DNA of 64,000 bases from contig JAWLHB010000018.1 of NCBI GenBank assembly GCA_041690595.1, forward strand, positions 62,001 to 126,000, in the 5' to 3' direction. Both the position numbers and the translations under genes were made by a program. The notes below the pieces were generated by a model, which did not search any database, had not been told where the DNA came from, and saw nothing but the letters and a program-made list of their open reading frames with translations. Below, piece after piece: positions 40,026 to 50,947 of the stretch (position 1 is its first letter; every line of letters starts with the position of its first letter). This DNA comes from Lentisphaeria bacterium. Lineage in GTDB: Bacteria; Verrucomicrobiota; Lentisphaeria; JABSQK01; JAWLHB01.

Positions 40026-43000
40026 TTAGTTGCCCGCGATGGGCGGATAGATTTCGAGGCGGATGCTCTGCAGATCGACGTCGTTGCCGAGGTAGGGAAT
40101 GCTCATGAAGTTGAAGCCGTAGAGCTGCAGCAGGTTGGTGGCGCCGGGCTGGAGCCAGCGGTCGATACGCTGACCGAGAGGCTCCCAGTCTTCGGTGCGG
40201 AAGAAACCGGTGCGGTTGATGATCGTGCCGGACATCTGGCGCTCATAGCTGCCGAAGCGCTTTTCGATGACGAGGCGGACAGGGTGGTCGGCCCATTCGG
40301 CGGGGATGTCGACGTTCCGCTCAATGCCGAAGAGCTTACCCTTGTACGGGAGGGCGAGGGTGCCTTCGTTGCGTCCCCAGTCGATGATCCGGCTCCATTC
40401 GCCGTCGAGTTCAAGTATGGCGATGGGAGCCGGGAGGCGGCGCAGGTAGAGGGTGCCGATAGGGCCGCGATCGACCCCTTTGCCTTCGACGGCGAGGGCG
40501 ATGTCGAGGCTGCCGGTGGCAGCGGCGGTGGTGACGTCGAAAGCGAGGGTGCCATGGGGGCAGTCGGCGACATGCTCGCCGTTGATCCAAAGGCGGGCTT
40601 TGTCGCGGATGCCAAACTGCCAGTAGTTCTCCATGCCGAGGATGACGCGGCTGCCGCTGCGCCAGTCGGTGGGGATGTCGACGCGCTGGCGGTAGCGGAC
40701 AAGGCTGGCATCGGGCCAGCCGCGGGCGCGCCAGGAGCCGAGGTCGGCGGTAATCGCCCCTTCTGTGTCGCCGTCGAGCCAGGCCTGCTCATCGCTGGTA
40801 GGATCGATCTGGACCTGCCAGCCGCTGAAGAGGCCGATGCCGGCTTCGCCGAGGGAGTCGGCAAGCGCGGCGGCTTCGGCGAGGATGTCGTCAGCGCGGG
40901 AAGGAGGGATGGGTTCGAGTGCCCGCCAGGCGCGCTGCTGCACGGCCAGCCAGTGGCGTGGTGCTTCGAGGCCGACGTTGTCGCGGAGAATGGCGAACTG
41001 GCGCACCTGGTAGGGGGAGAAGGTCTGCTCGCCGAGGGAGAGGCGGCCATCGGCATGGCTGGTGGCCACGTCGGGCGAGTCGGGGGCGTTGGGCTCGACG
41101 GCCGGGGCAGGGGCGAAGCGGTCGATGGCCAGATTCGCGACGATGCGATCCTCCAGCGTCCAGCTCTTGTCGCGGATGCCGACGGCGCTGGCCAGATAGA
41201 CCTCATAGAGGCCGTTCTTGCTTTCGCGCCGCTCGAACCAGATGCGCTCTTCACTGGTGTGGGTGTCGCGCGTGAGCCCTACGCCTTCGAGAAGGCTGAC
41301 GAAGAGGGCCTGCTTTTCGGCGTCGTTGAACCAGCGGCCGTTTTCATCCTTGAAGCGCAGAAAGAAGGGGGTGCCGACGAGGATGAGGCGGCCGCGGCCG
41401 ACGCGGATCTCGGCGATGGCCATGGAGCCGTCTTCCCAGGTGGCGATGGGGGTGACGTTACCTGCCGCGCTTTCGATGGCGATGGCGCCCGTATAGGCGT
41501 TGTCGAGGTAATCGATGGCAACGCCGCTGCCTTCACAGCTCTTGCCGCGGAGGCTGGGGAAGAGCGATTGTTCTTCGGTGAAGCGGATGGGGGCGGTCGG
41601 CCATTTGTGCGGATTCTCGTCATTGAGGTAGCGATTGGCGACCTTGAGGCCGAACCGGCGATGCAGCGGCCAGACGTCGCGTTCCATCGGAGTGTGCTGC
41701 CCGGTGTGATGCTGGGCGATATAGGTGCCGCCGCCGGCGACGTAACGGTAGATCGCGTCGACCATGGCGTCGTCCATGACGATAGTGGCACAATCGAGGA
41801 GAACGGGGAGGTGATCGGCGCGCCCCTCTTCCATGGCGGGACCATCCACCAGCACGGGTGTGAGCCCGATCGAGGGGAGCGGCCCGCGGCTGAGGTCCCA
41901 GTTCCAGATCTGGCTGTTGGCGTAGCGCATGTTCTGCCGGACACTGCGCAGCAGGCCGACGCGCGCTTCAGCAAAGTCGATCTTGCCGAGGGTCGCCAGG
42001 AGCGAGGCATTCTGGGTCCACCATTCCACGACCTTGGGGTAGCGCCAAAGTTCGCGGTTGAGGTCGAAGACATAGTCGTGGCAATCCTGGCTTTCCCAGA
42101 AGATGTTGGCGAACATGTTCTGCGTGTCGCGCGGGTTGGTCATGGCGCCGCCGGGTTCGCTGCTGCCGGGGATGCCATAGAGGCGGGAGTAGCCCTTGTA
42201 GTGCATGGGACGATACCAGCCGCCCTCACCGGTGAGTTGGGGATAGCCGCCGTAGCGCTGGAAGAGAACCATGGCGTCGGACTGAAAGAGGAAGGGGGTC
42301 ATCACCTTGATGGGGCGATTGGGATCGACGCTGCGCATGGTCTTGAGGAAGGTGATGAGCGTCTGCTGCTTCTCCCAGCTCAGGTAGTCCTGCCAGTCGA
42401 GGTAGCGCTGGTTGAGGTGCGGATCGGAGAAGGGAAAGCTTTCGCCCTCGGTGTCGCTCAGGAAGACGCGATAGGCGATGCGTCCGCCATTGGAGTAGAT
42501 GACGAAGTCGTTGCTGCCAGCGTGCAGGATGTCGGTAACTTCGATCTGGGCGTGGCGCTCGATGTGGTCGGTAATGTCGCGCTTCTGGCGGCAGATTTCA
42601 CTGCCGTTGACCCAGATGGTCAGTTCGCCACCGACATGCTCGGTATAGGGCATGAGATGGAGCCAGATGCGCTTGCCGGTCTGCAGCAAATCGGCGGGGA
42701 GATCATGGGAGAAGCGGATCCAGAGGGGGTGGATGCGGGAGTTGTCCCACTGGCTGAGCATGACATGGTCGTCGCGGTAGTTCTCGCGCCAGCCGGAGTC
42801 GTCGGTCGTTTCCAGATGATAGCCGGCCTCTTCTCCTTCGGCCAGGGAGCGGGGTTCCCAGCGCCATGGAATGTCGTCGAGATCGATGAAGGAGCCGCGG
42901 CGCCCGGCGAACCAGGCGGTGGAGGGATAAGGGACGTCGCTCCAGTCGCTGTAGGCATGGCGGTTGCCGGTGTAGGCGGTGGAAATGGTCGCCAGGCTGT

Positions 43001-43976
43001 ATTTCTTTTCGAGTTGCAGGTAGGCGGGAAAGCGCTGCTGGTAACCGGGTGGCAGCATGGCCGGATCGCTCTTGAAGAACTCGCCGTGCGGTTCCATCCA
43101 GGCAAGCAGATCGGGATCGTTGACGCGCTCGCGCATCATTCGGATCATCGCGGCCTGCACGACGGTGTGGACCTCGGGGGAGGCAACCTGTTCGTGGTTG
43201 TAGCCGCTGGATTCGAAGAACCGCCGGCCAATGAAGCCGTCGGGATACTTCTCGCCGTGATGGCCGGGCATGTGAGCGGAGTTGAACCAGGGTGGCTGGC
43301 CGCCGGCCCAGAGCATGTGCCGATAGGCTTTGCCCATGCCGTGAATCTGGGAGAGGGAGTTGTCCGTCGGGCTCAGGTCGATGACCCCGGGGGCCGGCTC
43401 ACTGGAGAGCCGCACATCGTGCAGGTTGACAACCGAGGGGTGCGCCTTCATCCATTCGAGCTGCTCCTCGGTCTTGGACGTCGCCATCCACCAGATGCCG
43501 ATACCATTATCGAAGTTGTCGAGCCAGCGCGGGTGAGCGCCCGCGGCTACCGGCTGCCAGGCATTCCCTCGCAAAACTTCCGCTGCTTGCCGCAGGCTCT
43601 CACGATCGGGAGCGCTGAGGATCCTGGCGGCAGCACCGTCAACTGCCAGAAGCCAGTAGCCCGCGTGTCGGACTTGAACAATGGTCCCGCCGATGCCGGG
43701 CAGCGGTTCAGCCGTGGCGGTCGCGCCGTAGCCAAGCAGGTCGGCGAGGTACTTGCTGGCGACGATGCCGGCCGTGCGCTCATCCTGGCAGGTGAAGGTG
43801 ACAAGCGCCACCTGACCGGCGGCTGTCTGCCAGAGGCTCCCCTCCATCCCGACGCGGCCATATCCACGCAGATCGACCGGCCCTTCCCGGCTGGTGCGCA
43901 GGAGGGTCGCCTCGGGCGGAGCGGCGAGGGCGGATGCGGCGACGGCAAGGAGAAGAAGGAGGAGACGCTGGATCAT
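40026..43976 (-). CDS. Large secreted glycoside-hydrolase-like protein (GH42-like barrel, trimerisation-like and galactose-binding-like domains)
   Basis: Signal peptide, WMEPHGE, RYVAGGGTYI and VGRGRLILVG (trimerisation/GATase-like), and repeated sugar-binding-type segments (LWINGEHV). Family is uncertain. Confidence 0.6.
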   Translation of the reverse strand: MIQRLLLLLLAVAASALAAPPEATLLRTSREGPVDLRGYGRVGMEGSLWQTAAGQVALVTFTCQDERTAGIVASKYLADLLGYGATATAEPLPGIGGTIVQVRHAGYWLLAVDGAAARILSAPDRESLRQAAEVLRGNAWQPVAAGAHPRWLDNFDNGIGIWWMATSKTEEQLEWMKAHPSVVNLHDVRLSSEPAPGVIDLSPTDNSLSQIHGMGKAYRHMLWAGGQPPWFNSAHMPGHHGEKYPDGFIGRRFFESSGYNHEQVASPEVHTVVQAAMIRMMRERVNDPDLLAWMEPHGEFFKSDPAMLPPGYQQRFPAYLQLEKKYSLATISTAYTGNRHAYSDWSDVPYPSTAWFAGRRGSFIDLDDIPWRWEPRSLAEGEEAGYHLETTDDSGWRENYRDDHVMLSQWDNSRIHPLWIRFSHDLPADLLQTGKRIWLHLMPYTEHVGGELTIWVNGSEICRQKRDITDHIERHAQIEVTDILHAGSNDFVIYSNGGRIAYRVFLSDTEGESFPFSDPHLNQRYLDWQDYLSWEKQQTLITFLKTMRSVDPNRPIKVMTPFLFQSDAMVLFQRYGGYPQLTGEGGWYRPMHYKGYSRLYGIPGSSEPGGAMTNPRDTQNMFANIFWESQDCHDYVFDLNRELWRYPKVVEWWTQNASLLATLGKIDFAEARVGLLRSVRQNMRYANSQIWNWDLSRGPLPSIGLTPVLVDGPAMEEGRADHLPVLLDCATIVMDDAMVDAIYRYVAGGGTYIAQHHTGQHTPMERDVWPLHRRFGLKVANRYLNDENPHKWPTAPIRFTEEQSLFPSLRGKSCEGSGVAIDYLDNAYTGAIAIESAAGNVTPIATWEDGSMAIAEIRVGRGRLILVGTPFFLRFKDENGRWFNDAEKQALFVSLLEGVGLTRDTHTSEERIWFERRESKNGLYEVYLASAVGIRDKSWTLEDRIVANLAIDRFAPAPAVEPNAPDSPDVATSHADGRLSLGEQTFSPYQVRQFAILRDNVGLEAPRHWLAVQQRAWRALEPIPPSRADDILAEAAALADSLGEAGIGLFSGWQVQIDPTSDEQAWLDGDTEGAITADLGSWRARGWPDASLVRYRQRVDIPTDWRSGSRVILGMENYWQFGIRDKARLWINGEHVADCPHGTLAFDVTTAAATGSLDIALAVEGKGVDRGPIGTLYLRRLPAPIAILELDGEWSRIIDWGRNEGTLALPYKGKLFGIERNVDIPAEWADHPVRLVIEKRFGSYERQMSGTIINRTGFFRTEDWEPLGQRIDRWLQPGATNLLQLYGFNFMSIPYLGNDVDLQSIRLEIYPPIAGN

Positions 43977-43979
43977 GGC

Positions 43980-45959
43980 CTATTGCTCCGTTGGCAGCGT
44001 GGCGCGGAAGGGCACCGCCGGGAGGCCGGCGCCGTTGTAGAGATCGGCGGCGGGATCGTTATCCCACGCGTAACGAACCGCGACCGGCTGCGCGATACCC
44101 TCGGCGGTGAGCTTGACGGTATCTCCATCGATGACGGCGCTGGCCCAGACGAAGTTGCCGTCGGCTCCGGCGATGGCAAAGCCGTCGAGGGTCTCGTCGG
44201 CAGCCTTGAGGCCGCCATTGGCATGATCGAAGGTCAGGACAAGCGCGTTGCCGTCAGCGCGCATGTCGCGGAAGACGGGGCCGCTGTAGGGGATGTCCTC
44301 GCCATGGGCGATGGCGCGGGCGGCGAGGGCGAGGCGGCGGCCGACTTCCTGCTTGTTGCGGGGGTGAATGTCTTTGGAGTCGCCGATGTCGATGGCGAGA
44401 GCCAGCCCGGTCTTGGGGAGGGAGGCGGCGGTCATGGCCTGTGCTTCACGGAGCTGCGCCCAGGCGGTGTCGCGGGGCGTATCGCCGCGATCGCGGAAGT
44501 TGGCGAGTTGGACGATGAGGAAGGTGAAGTCGCCAACGCCCCAGCGGCTGCGCCAGTCGTTGATCATGGTTGGGAGGAGGGTGCGATACTGCTCCGCGCG
44601 GCCGGCGTTGGATTCGCCCTGGTACCAGATGGCGCCAGTGATGGCGTAGGGGATGAGGGGGGCGATCATGGCGTTGAAGAGGACCGTCGGGCGATTGGGG
44701 GAGTCGGGGTTGCTGGGACGCTGCGGCAGCTCGTACTCGATCTTGTAGCGCCACTCGCCGGCCAGGGGCAGTGCGGTCGCGGTTTCGCCATCCAGTTCGA
44801 CCTTCATGCTCTCACCGGGAGCGCCCCACAGCCCGCCCTGTCCGGCGGCATCGAAGACGCGAATGGCGATGACGTTGGGGCCGGCCTTGACCAGCTCCCC
44901 CGGCACCTTGTATTCGCGCGGAACATTCCAGAAGCTCGTGTCACGCTGACGCATGTTGCCGGCCTTGCCGACGGGCTGCCCGTTGAACCAGGTCTGGTCG
45001 ACTTCGTCGATGGGCCCCGGGCGCAGGACGATCGGCTTGCCGGCCCACTCGGCGGGGATCTCGATGGTCTTGCGGAACCAGACGATGCCGTCGAGGTTGG
45101 GATGGCCGCGCTCTTCCCAGTTGGCGGGCAGCACCATGACGGGCCAGTCGCTGTCGGCGACCGTGGGAGGGGCAAAGCCGTCAGCGATGGTGAGATCGTC
45201 TTCGCGGTCATAGATGGTCTTGAGGCCATTTTGAAAGGCCTGCATGCGTTCGGTGTAGGTGATCTTGGCAGCGTCGATCTTCTTCTGGTCTTCCAGCAGG
45301 CTATCCAGGGCACCGGTGAACTCGGGCAGGTTGGCGCGAAGGGCGGGGGCGCTTGTCCAGGCTTCGGCGATGGTGCCGCCCCAGGATGTGTTGATCAGAC
45401 CGATGGGGATGCCAAGGTCACGGTGCAGGTCGCGGCCGAAGAAATAGCCGACGGCGCTGAAGCCGCGGGCCGTGGCGGGGGTGCAGGGGCGCCAGTCGCC
45501 CTTGCAGAGCGCTTGCGGTTCCGTGGCGGTGGAATTCGGTACAGTGAAGAGACGGATGAGGGGATAGTCGGCGGCGGCGACTTCCTCGCCGCTATTGATG
45601 GAGTTAGCCAGTGGCCATTGCATATTGGACTGTCCAGAGCAGATCCAGACATCGCCTACCAGCACGTCCTCGAGGACCACTTGCTCCTCACCGCTCCTGA
45701 CGGTGAGCGTACGCGACTCGGCGGAGGCGGGCATGGCAGCCAGCTTCACCTGCCAGGTACCATCGGCACCGGCGGTGGCAGTGTAGCCTGCGCCGGCAAA
45801 GGCGACTTCGACGGTCGCCCCGGCGGTCGCCCATCCCCAGACCGGGAGTTCGAGATTGCGTTGCAGGACCATGTGGTCGCTGAAGGGTGAAGCGAGCTTC
45901 AACTCCGCGCGCGCCAGACCAGTGAGCAGGATGAGGGCCAGGACGATGGTACGATGCAT
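43980..45959 (-). CDS. Sialate O-acetylesterase (SASA/SGNH) with an inserted sugar-binding domain
   Basis: FSDHMVLQR, GDVWICSGQSNMQW, WGGT, WYQGESN, DIHPRNKQEVG and VRYAW motifs. Confidence 0.92.
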   Translation of the reverse strand: MHRTIVLALILLTGLARAELKLASPFSDHMVLQRNLELPVWGWATAGATVEVAFAGAGYTATAGADGTWQVKLAAMPASAESRTLTVRSGEEQVVLEDVLVGDVWICSGQSNMQWPLANSINSGEEVAAADYPLIRLFTVPNSTATEPQALCKGDWRPCTPATARGFSAVGYFFGRDLHRDLGIPIGLINTSWGGTIAEAWTSAPALRANLPEFTGALDSLLEDQKKIDAAKITYTERMQAFQNGLKTIYDREDDLTIADGFAPPTVADSDWPVMVLPANWEERGHPNLDGIVWFRKTIEIPAEWAGKPIVLRPGPIDEVDQTWFNGQPVGKAGNMRQRDTSFWNVPREYKVPGELVKAGPNVIAIRVFDAAGQGGLWGAPGESMKVELDGETATALPLAGEWRYKIEYELPQRPSNPDSPNRPTVLFNAMIAPLIPYAITGAIWYQGESNAGRAEQYRTLLPTMINDWRSRWGVGDFTFLIVQLANFRDRGDTPRDTAWAQLREAQAMTAASLPKTGLALAIDIGDSKDIHPRNKQEVGRRLALAARAIAHGEDIPYSGPVFRDMRADGNALVLTFDHANGGLKAADETLDGFAIAGADGNFVWASAVIDGDTVKLTAEGIAQPVAVRYAWDNDPAADLYNGAGLPAVPFRATLPTEQ

Positions 45960-46082
45960 GAGCAAAACTCCCCGAGATTGGTGGTGTATGGGCGCAGCAG
46001 TCATTACAATACTTACATTAACGACCAGTCGGCATCGTGCAAGCTTGCGTGGAATGAAATCTTGCCAGGCACCGCCGATCGC

Positions 46083-46937
46083 TCAGGCCTGAGCCAGGAG
46101 CTGGCGGACGATAGCAGCGTTCATGGCGACCTGGTCGAGATGCTTCTGGAACATGCCGACATCGACGGGATCGCCGGGCTTGATGTGGTCGAAAGCCCAT
46201 TTGAAGGCGTCGCGGACGCTTTCGGGGGTGGCGCACTTGCGGCTGGCGGCGAGGATCTTGTAGGCGATGCAAGGCTTGTCGGTGGCCTGGATGAAGCGGC
46301 AGATGACCTCGCGATCGGGGTCATCGAAGGGTTCCTTGACACGTTCGCCGCCGGCAAGGAGGCTCATGCGCTCGACCTTGGCGAGATTGTAGAAGCAGGT
46401 CATGTAGAAGTCGACATCCCAGCCGTTGTCTTCGACATAGTGGAGGATTTCGGGCATGTGCGCGGCAATGCCGACGAGTTTGCCGGTATCGCGGATCGCC
46501 TTGAGATAGTCGCGGACCTTGGCGAAGGAGCCATCCTTCCAGAATCTGTCGCTCATGGAGCCATGGTGGTAGATGGCGATGGGGTCGAGTTCGGCGGCTT
46601 CACGGATGTTGACGAAGGGGTCGGGATGCTCGCCGGCGGTCTGGCAGATCCAGTGCATGGTGCCGCCGCGCTCACGGTAGGTGCGCACCAGATTGTAGAT
46701 GATCTGGTCGGCGCGCGACTGCATGGTGTTGATGCCGTGGCGTTCGCAGGTGAAGAGCAGGTCGAGGCTGTTTTCGAGGGTGTGGAAGTCGCGCATGTCG
46801 GTATCGGCTTCGGCATCGACATGGGAATAGCCACGGATCGGATTACCGCCGACGATGAGGCGGGTGACGCGATGCGGCCCCAGGGCGATTGTGGGCAGGA
46901 GAGCGGCGGAGGCGGAAGTTGGCATGTCGGGACTCAT
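46083..46937 (-). CDS. Conserved hypothetical protein, aldo/keto-reductase-like barrel
   Basis: VTRLIVGGNP, GKLVGIAAH and KPCIAYKILAA motifs; ATGA overlap with the upstream gene. Confidence 0.65.
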   Translation of the reverse strand: MSPDMPTSASAALLPTIALGPHRVTRLIVGGNPIRGYSHVDAEADTDMRDFHTLENSLDLLFTCERHGINTMQSRADQIIYNLVRTYRERGGTMHWICQTAGEHPDPFVNIREAAELDPIAIYHHGSMSDRFWKDGSFAKVRDYLKAIRDTGKLVGIAAHMPEILHYVEDNGWDVDFYMTCFYNLAKVERMSLLAGGERVKEPFDDPDREVICRFIQATDKPCIAYKILAASRKCATPESVRDAFKWAFDHIKPGDPVDVGMFQKHLDQVAMNAAIVRQLLAQA

Positions 46938-49900
46938 GGGGTTGGCGTGAGTGCTTTGGCTTGCCAGGATGCGGTGGCCGTTTGGCCGCTGGCCAGCTCG
47001 CGCACGGTGGCGGTACAGGAGATGGCCTTCTCGTTGTAGGCGATCGGCCGCGCAAAGCGATACTCGCCATGACGCAGCGCCGCCACATGAGAGAAATCCA
47101 GCACCTGGCCATCGGCATCGTGGATGGTCAGCTCCAGAGGTACAATGCCCGGGATCAGCGCGCCCCCGGCATCGGTCAGGCGGGCGATCAGGGTGACTTC
47201 GCTCTCGCTGGTCTCGACGCGCAGCTCCAGGTTAGCGATAGGCCTGGGGAGCATCATGAAGAGCGCGCCGCCCGCGGCCTGCAGCTGATGGCGCAGACGC
47301 AGGAACTCTCCCGCCGCTTCTACGGGAAGCTGCCGATGGCTGAGCAGATCGTAGACCGTGCCGCCGAGTTGCCGGTGCAGATCGAGCTGGATCTCCTGGG
47401 CGATGCCATCTTCCAGCACACGCGAGAAATGGCCGTAATGACGACCGGGCCGGCGCAGATCGTTGACCGCCACGACGTAGTTGGCCCCTTCGGCCTGCAG
47501 GGTGTTGAGGTAGACGGAGCTGGAGTCGACCTTGACCTCCGTGTCGACCGCCGAGGCGATCTGCTCGCGCAGCCACGTCTGGTCGGGGGTGAGTTCGGCG
47601 GCGAGTTCTTCGGCGTATTGCTCCATGCCTTCGAGGTAAAGGGGATGGGTGCGGTTGCCGTAGAGCGCCACAAGTTCCTGGTCTCTGGCGGTGATCTTTT
47701 CGCGGCGCGACGCGGCGTCGACGTGCTCCAGGCGCCGGGCATCTGGCCAGGAAGCAGGAAAGACGCCATCGACAATGAGGATACCGCCCGCCTGCTGCCA
47801 GCGGCGAATGGCGCCGGCGGCTGGTTCGGTGATCACCGCGCTTTCGGGAATGAGCAACACTCGGTAGTTCGCCAGCAGGTCGTCCTGCCCGGTGAAGTCA
47901 TCGTCGAAGAGTACGTCGTAGGGAAGGGTGAGCTGACGGATGGCGCCGGAGAGGGGGCTTCGGTAGGTCCAGCGGATCTCCGAGAAAAGCTCACCGGCAA
48001 AGGACATATAGACGGCAATCTGCCGCGGCCGATTCCGCCAGACGGGCAGCAGCCCCGCCAGCGGGCGCACGACCTCGTTGTGCAGGCGCGCGACCTCGTC
48101 CTTCAGCTCCGGGATGAAGAGAAAGAGGCTCGACTTTTCGCCATCGACCTTGATCCCGGCGCGAGCGGTCCGCCAGTCGGGGGTCGGTCCCAGCTCCGCG
48201 TCAATTTCTTCCTGGGTGTTCTTGTCTCCCTTCTCGATGGCGCCGAGGAGGTTCCAGTAGAGCATGTGCTGCATGGGTCGGGCGAGGCAGTGCCAGACAG
48301 TTTCGCGGAAGAGGTGGGGGGTGGGCATGCCGCCATAGGGAGCGGCCATGTTCGGCTTGAAGAGGAACTGCGGCATGCTGTTGTACAGCGCCCGGGTTCC
48401 GCGGGTTTGAGCCGCCAGCCGCTCCTGCACCATGACCGCGACGGTGGGCTCCGGATAGTAGAACCACTCTTCGAGGTAGTCCTGCTCGACAAAGGGCTTG
48501 ACGGATGGGCGACGCAGCGACGGCTCCACAATGGTGCGCACGTGCGGCAGCTCCTCATGGAGTCGGCGGGCCATGGTTTCGTTGAGAAAGACTTCGGTGC
48601 CGGCTTCGTAGTGCCACCAGCGATGGAAAGCCAGGAAGGGATCGTCGAGTGGCAGAATACCGTCCGCCGGCGGCTCGATGCCGACGCCTCGGGGCGAGAG
48701 CCGCCCCATCGGGTGCAGGACGGTGAAATGCTTGTCCGGCGGCAGCTCCAGAGCGCGCCAGCGATTCAGATCCAGGCCGAAACGCTCCCGCACGGCCTCC
48801 ATGGTGGCTGGGCGAAAGTCGGGCGTGTGTATCCACTGGTGCTCGGAATTGAGGATCAGGAAGCGGACATCGGGCATGAGTTCGAGCTTGTCGATAGCCT
48901 CGTCCAGCTTGGTGTCGAGATCGGCCAAGGCGGCGGGATCACGCTGGTCGATCTGGGCCGGCTGGCCGCCAAGATCGTGGAAACGCGCCGCCTCGTCGGC
49001 GACGTGGCCCTCCATGCGCAGATGGCTGGTGACGTACATCCCCTGCCGCACGATCTGCTCGATGGGCTGCGGGTCGAGACCCATGACGCCGGTGCTGGTC
49101 ACACCCACCTCGTTCAAGCTCGGAGAAATGCCGCTCCAACTGATCACCTGCGTGGTGGAGAAGGGGCGCCGCGGCGGCAGGATCGTGATCTGCCGCTCGA
49201 TGACGGCGCGACGCTCGCCACTCTCGATGACAATGCGGGCCTGGTAGTCGCCTGTAAGCAGACGCGCGGGCGACCATGGTAAACGGACGCTCACCACGGA
49301 GCCGTCCGGCAGCGACTCGGGCAGATTGCCCCGCAGCAGGAGCAAATCGTCAAGGTGCAGCTCGACCTTTACCTGCGTGAGAGGGGCACCGGAACGGTTG
49401 GTGAGATCCAGATGCCAATGGCGCTCGCGATCGTCTCTGGCGAAGGAGGAGATCGGCTCGAGATCGGCGATGGTCAGTTCGTTGGGTACGGCGGCGGCGG
49501 CGGATTCGGCTCGTGCCGCCAGACTTGCCACCTCGTCGTTGGTGAGCGCCCTCTCCCAGACCATCACATCGTCGAAGGCGCCATCGGCGCGTACGGCGGG
49601 GGAGAAGTTGGTGGCGACACCGCCGATGACGATGCGCCCGGCAATGGGCGCCGGTGGGACACCGCTCATGGTGGCGCTCTCCTGTCCATCCACGAAGAGG
49701 CTGACGGCATCGTCCTGCCAGCGGACCGCCACATGGTGCCACTGACCGACAGTCAGCGGCTTGGAAGCCTGCTTGGTCTGAGAGTTGAGGAGCACGAGCT
49801 GGAGGAGCTTGTCCTGGCGCACGTCGATGCGCATCGGTTCGCTCCAGCCATGACCCGCGCCGATGGTCATCAGGTTGCGCCAGGCGACACTGCCCTGCAG

Positions 49901-50887
49901 CTTCACCCAGAAAGCGATGGTTCCGGGGCGGCCGGCGCGGGCGCTGTCCAAGTGGAGGATTTCGCCTGCACGGGAATGACCGCCGGGAATCCAGGTGGAG
50001 GCGGACTGGCGGCCCGCATAGCCGTCGTGGGCCTCGAGCATCATGGCGTCGAGAAGCAGGGTCCCCGGCTTGGGAAGGGTGACGACGAGCTGGAGCGGAT
50101 AACTCTGGCTGGTGGCATCGGGATCGGTGATAAGAATCGGCTCCGGGTGTTTCCGAAGATGAAACGGCAGTTCGATGCGCTGCCACCCCTCGCCCAGTTC
50201 CACATTGCTTTCAGCCACGATGACGGGGCGCGGCTTGGGCGCGCCGTCCGTGTCGGCAAGGAGATCTTCAATCTCATCAGCAGCCGCCGGTACGATGGTC
50301 TCCACCCGCAGTTGCACCGCTTGCCCGATACTGCCACGGAGGTAGATCGACCAGACGTGCGGCGCCTCCAGCCCCACCGCCACGCCGGGTATGGCAACGG
50401 TGGCGCCAGCCTGGCTGCCGACAAGCCGAAGCGCCTGCCCCTGCAGACCCGCGAAAGAATCCACTTTGCCTCCGCTTGCCGACACGGCCAGATCATCGAG
50501 GGCGGCAACATCCGCCGGCAGGAGGTTCTGGCTGGACTGTGGGGTGCTGGCTGCCCGGCCATGCTCGATGAAGATGGCCTCGCCGAACTTGCCCGGCACA
50601 TAGCGGGGATGATTGCGCGGAACAAGCGTGAGGTCGGGAAGGGACGCCAACGAGCCGCGATCGAAGCGAGCGGTCCCGCTGGTGCTGCCACCACCAAGAG
50701 TCAGCAGGTGACGATCGAAGGTGAGGCTGTCGCGGAGCCCCTCCAGAAGCGCCGCATCGAGCGCCTGCTCATGGCGCGTCGCCTGCGCGTCCGGCAACTG
50801 GCGGGGCGGGTCGGCGACAATTTCGGCGGAACGGGAGAGCATGCATCCGGCAAAGGCGAGAAGGAGAATGAGGCGGATCGATGGCAT
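46934..50887 (-). CDS. Large secreted protein with a LamG-like jellyroll and a glycoside-hydrolase-like region
   Basis: Signal peptide MPSIRLILLLAFAGCMLSRSA, LamG motifs GTIAFWVK, WHHVAV, LFVDG and FDDVMVWERALT, and a C-terminal trimerisation-like segment. Confidence 0.75.
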   Translation of the reverse strand: MPSIRLILLLAFAGCMLSRSAEIVADPPRQLPDAQATRHEQALDAALLEGLRDSLTFDRHLLTLGGGSTSGTARFDRGSLASLPDLTLVPRNHPRYVPGKFGEAIFIEHGRAASTPQSSQNLLPADVAALDDLAVSASGGKVDSFAGLQGQALRLVGSQAGATVAIPGVAVGLEAPHVWSIYLRGSIGQAVQLRVETIVPAAADEIEDLLADTDGAPKPRPVIVAESNVELGEGWQRIELPFHLRKHPEPILITDPDATSQSYPLQLVVTLPKPGTLLLDAMMLEAHDGYAGRQSASTWIPGGHSRAGEILHLDSARAGRPGTIAFWVKLQGSVAWRNLMTIGAGHGWSEPMRIDVRQDKLLQLVLLNSQTKQASKPLTVGQWHHVAVRWQDDAVSLFVDGQESATMSGVPPAPIAGRIVIGGVATNFSPAVRADGAFDDVMVWERALTNDEVASLAARAESAAAAVPNELTIADLEPISSFARDDRERHWHLDLTNRSGAPLTQVKVELHLDDLLLLRGNLPESLPDGSVVSVRLPWSPARLLTGDYQARIVIESGERRAVIERQITILPPRRPFSTTQVISWSGISPSLNEVGVTSTGVMGLDPQPIEQIVRQGMYVTSHLRMEGHVADEAARFHDLGGQPAQIDQRDPAALADLDTKLDEAIDKLELMPDVRFLILNSEHQWIHTPDFRPATMEAVRERFGLDLNRWRALELPPDKHFTVLHPMGRLSPRGVGIEPPADGILPLDDPFLAFHRWWHYEAGTEVFLNETMARRLHEELPHVRTIVEPSLRRPSVKPFVEQDYLEEWFYYPEPTVAVMVQERLAAQTRGTRALYNSMPQFLFKPNMAAPYGGMPTPHLFRETVWHCLARPMQHMLYWNLLGAIEKGDKNTQEEIDAELGPTPDWRTARAGIKVDGEKSSLFLFIPELKDEVARLHNEVVRPLAGLLPVWRNRPRQIAVYMSFAGELFSEIRWTYRSPLSGAIRQLTLPYDVLFDDDFTGQDDLLANYRVLLIPESAVITEPAAGAIRRWQQAGGILIVDGVFPASWPDARRLEHVDAASRREKITARDQELVALYGNRTHPLYLEGMEQYAEELAAELTPDQTWLREQIASAVDTEVKVDSSSVYLNTLQAEGANYVVAVNDLRRPGRHYGHFSRVLEDGIAQEIQLDLHRQLGGTVYDLLSHRQLPVEAAGEFLRLRHQLQAAGGALFMMLPRPIANLELRVETSESEVTLIARLTDAGGALIPGIVPLELTIHDADGQVLDFSHVAALRHGEYRFARPIAYNEKAISCTATVRELASGQTATASWQAKALTPTP

Positions 50888-50947
50888 CGTGGATTCCCTT
50901 TGAGTTGGCGCTATACCGGCGCGTGGAGGTGCACCGGCCCATCCAAG

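Noticed and set aside
40284..45890. 1868-aa plus-strand ORF (also 25569-28895, 28784-31126, 37604-40006, 46889-49282)
   Set aside because: These are antisense shadows of well-supported minus-strand genes. They have no motifs and are expected from GC-rich codon bias.
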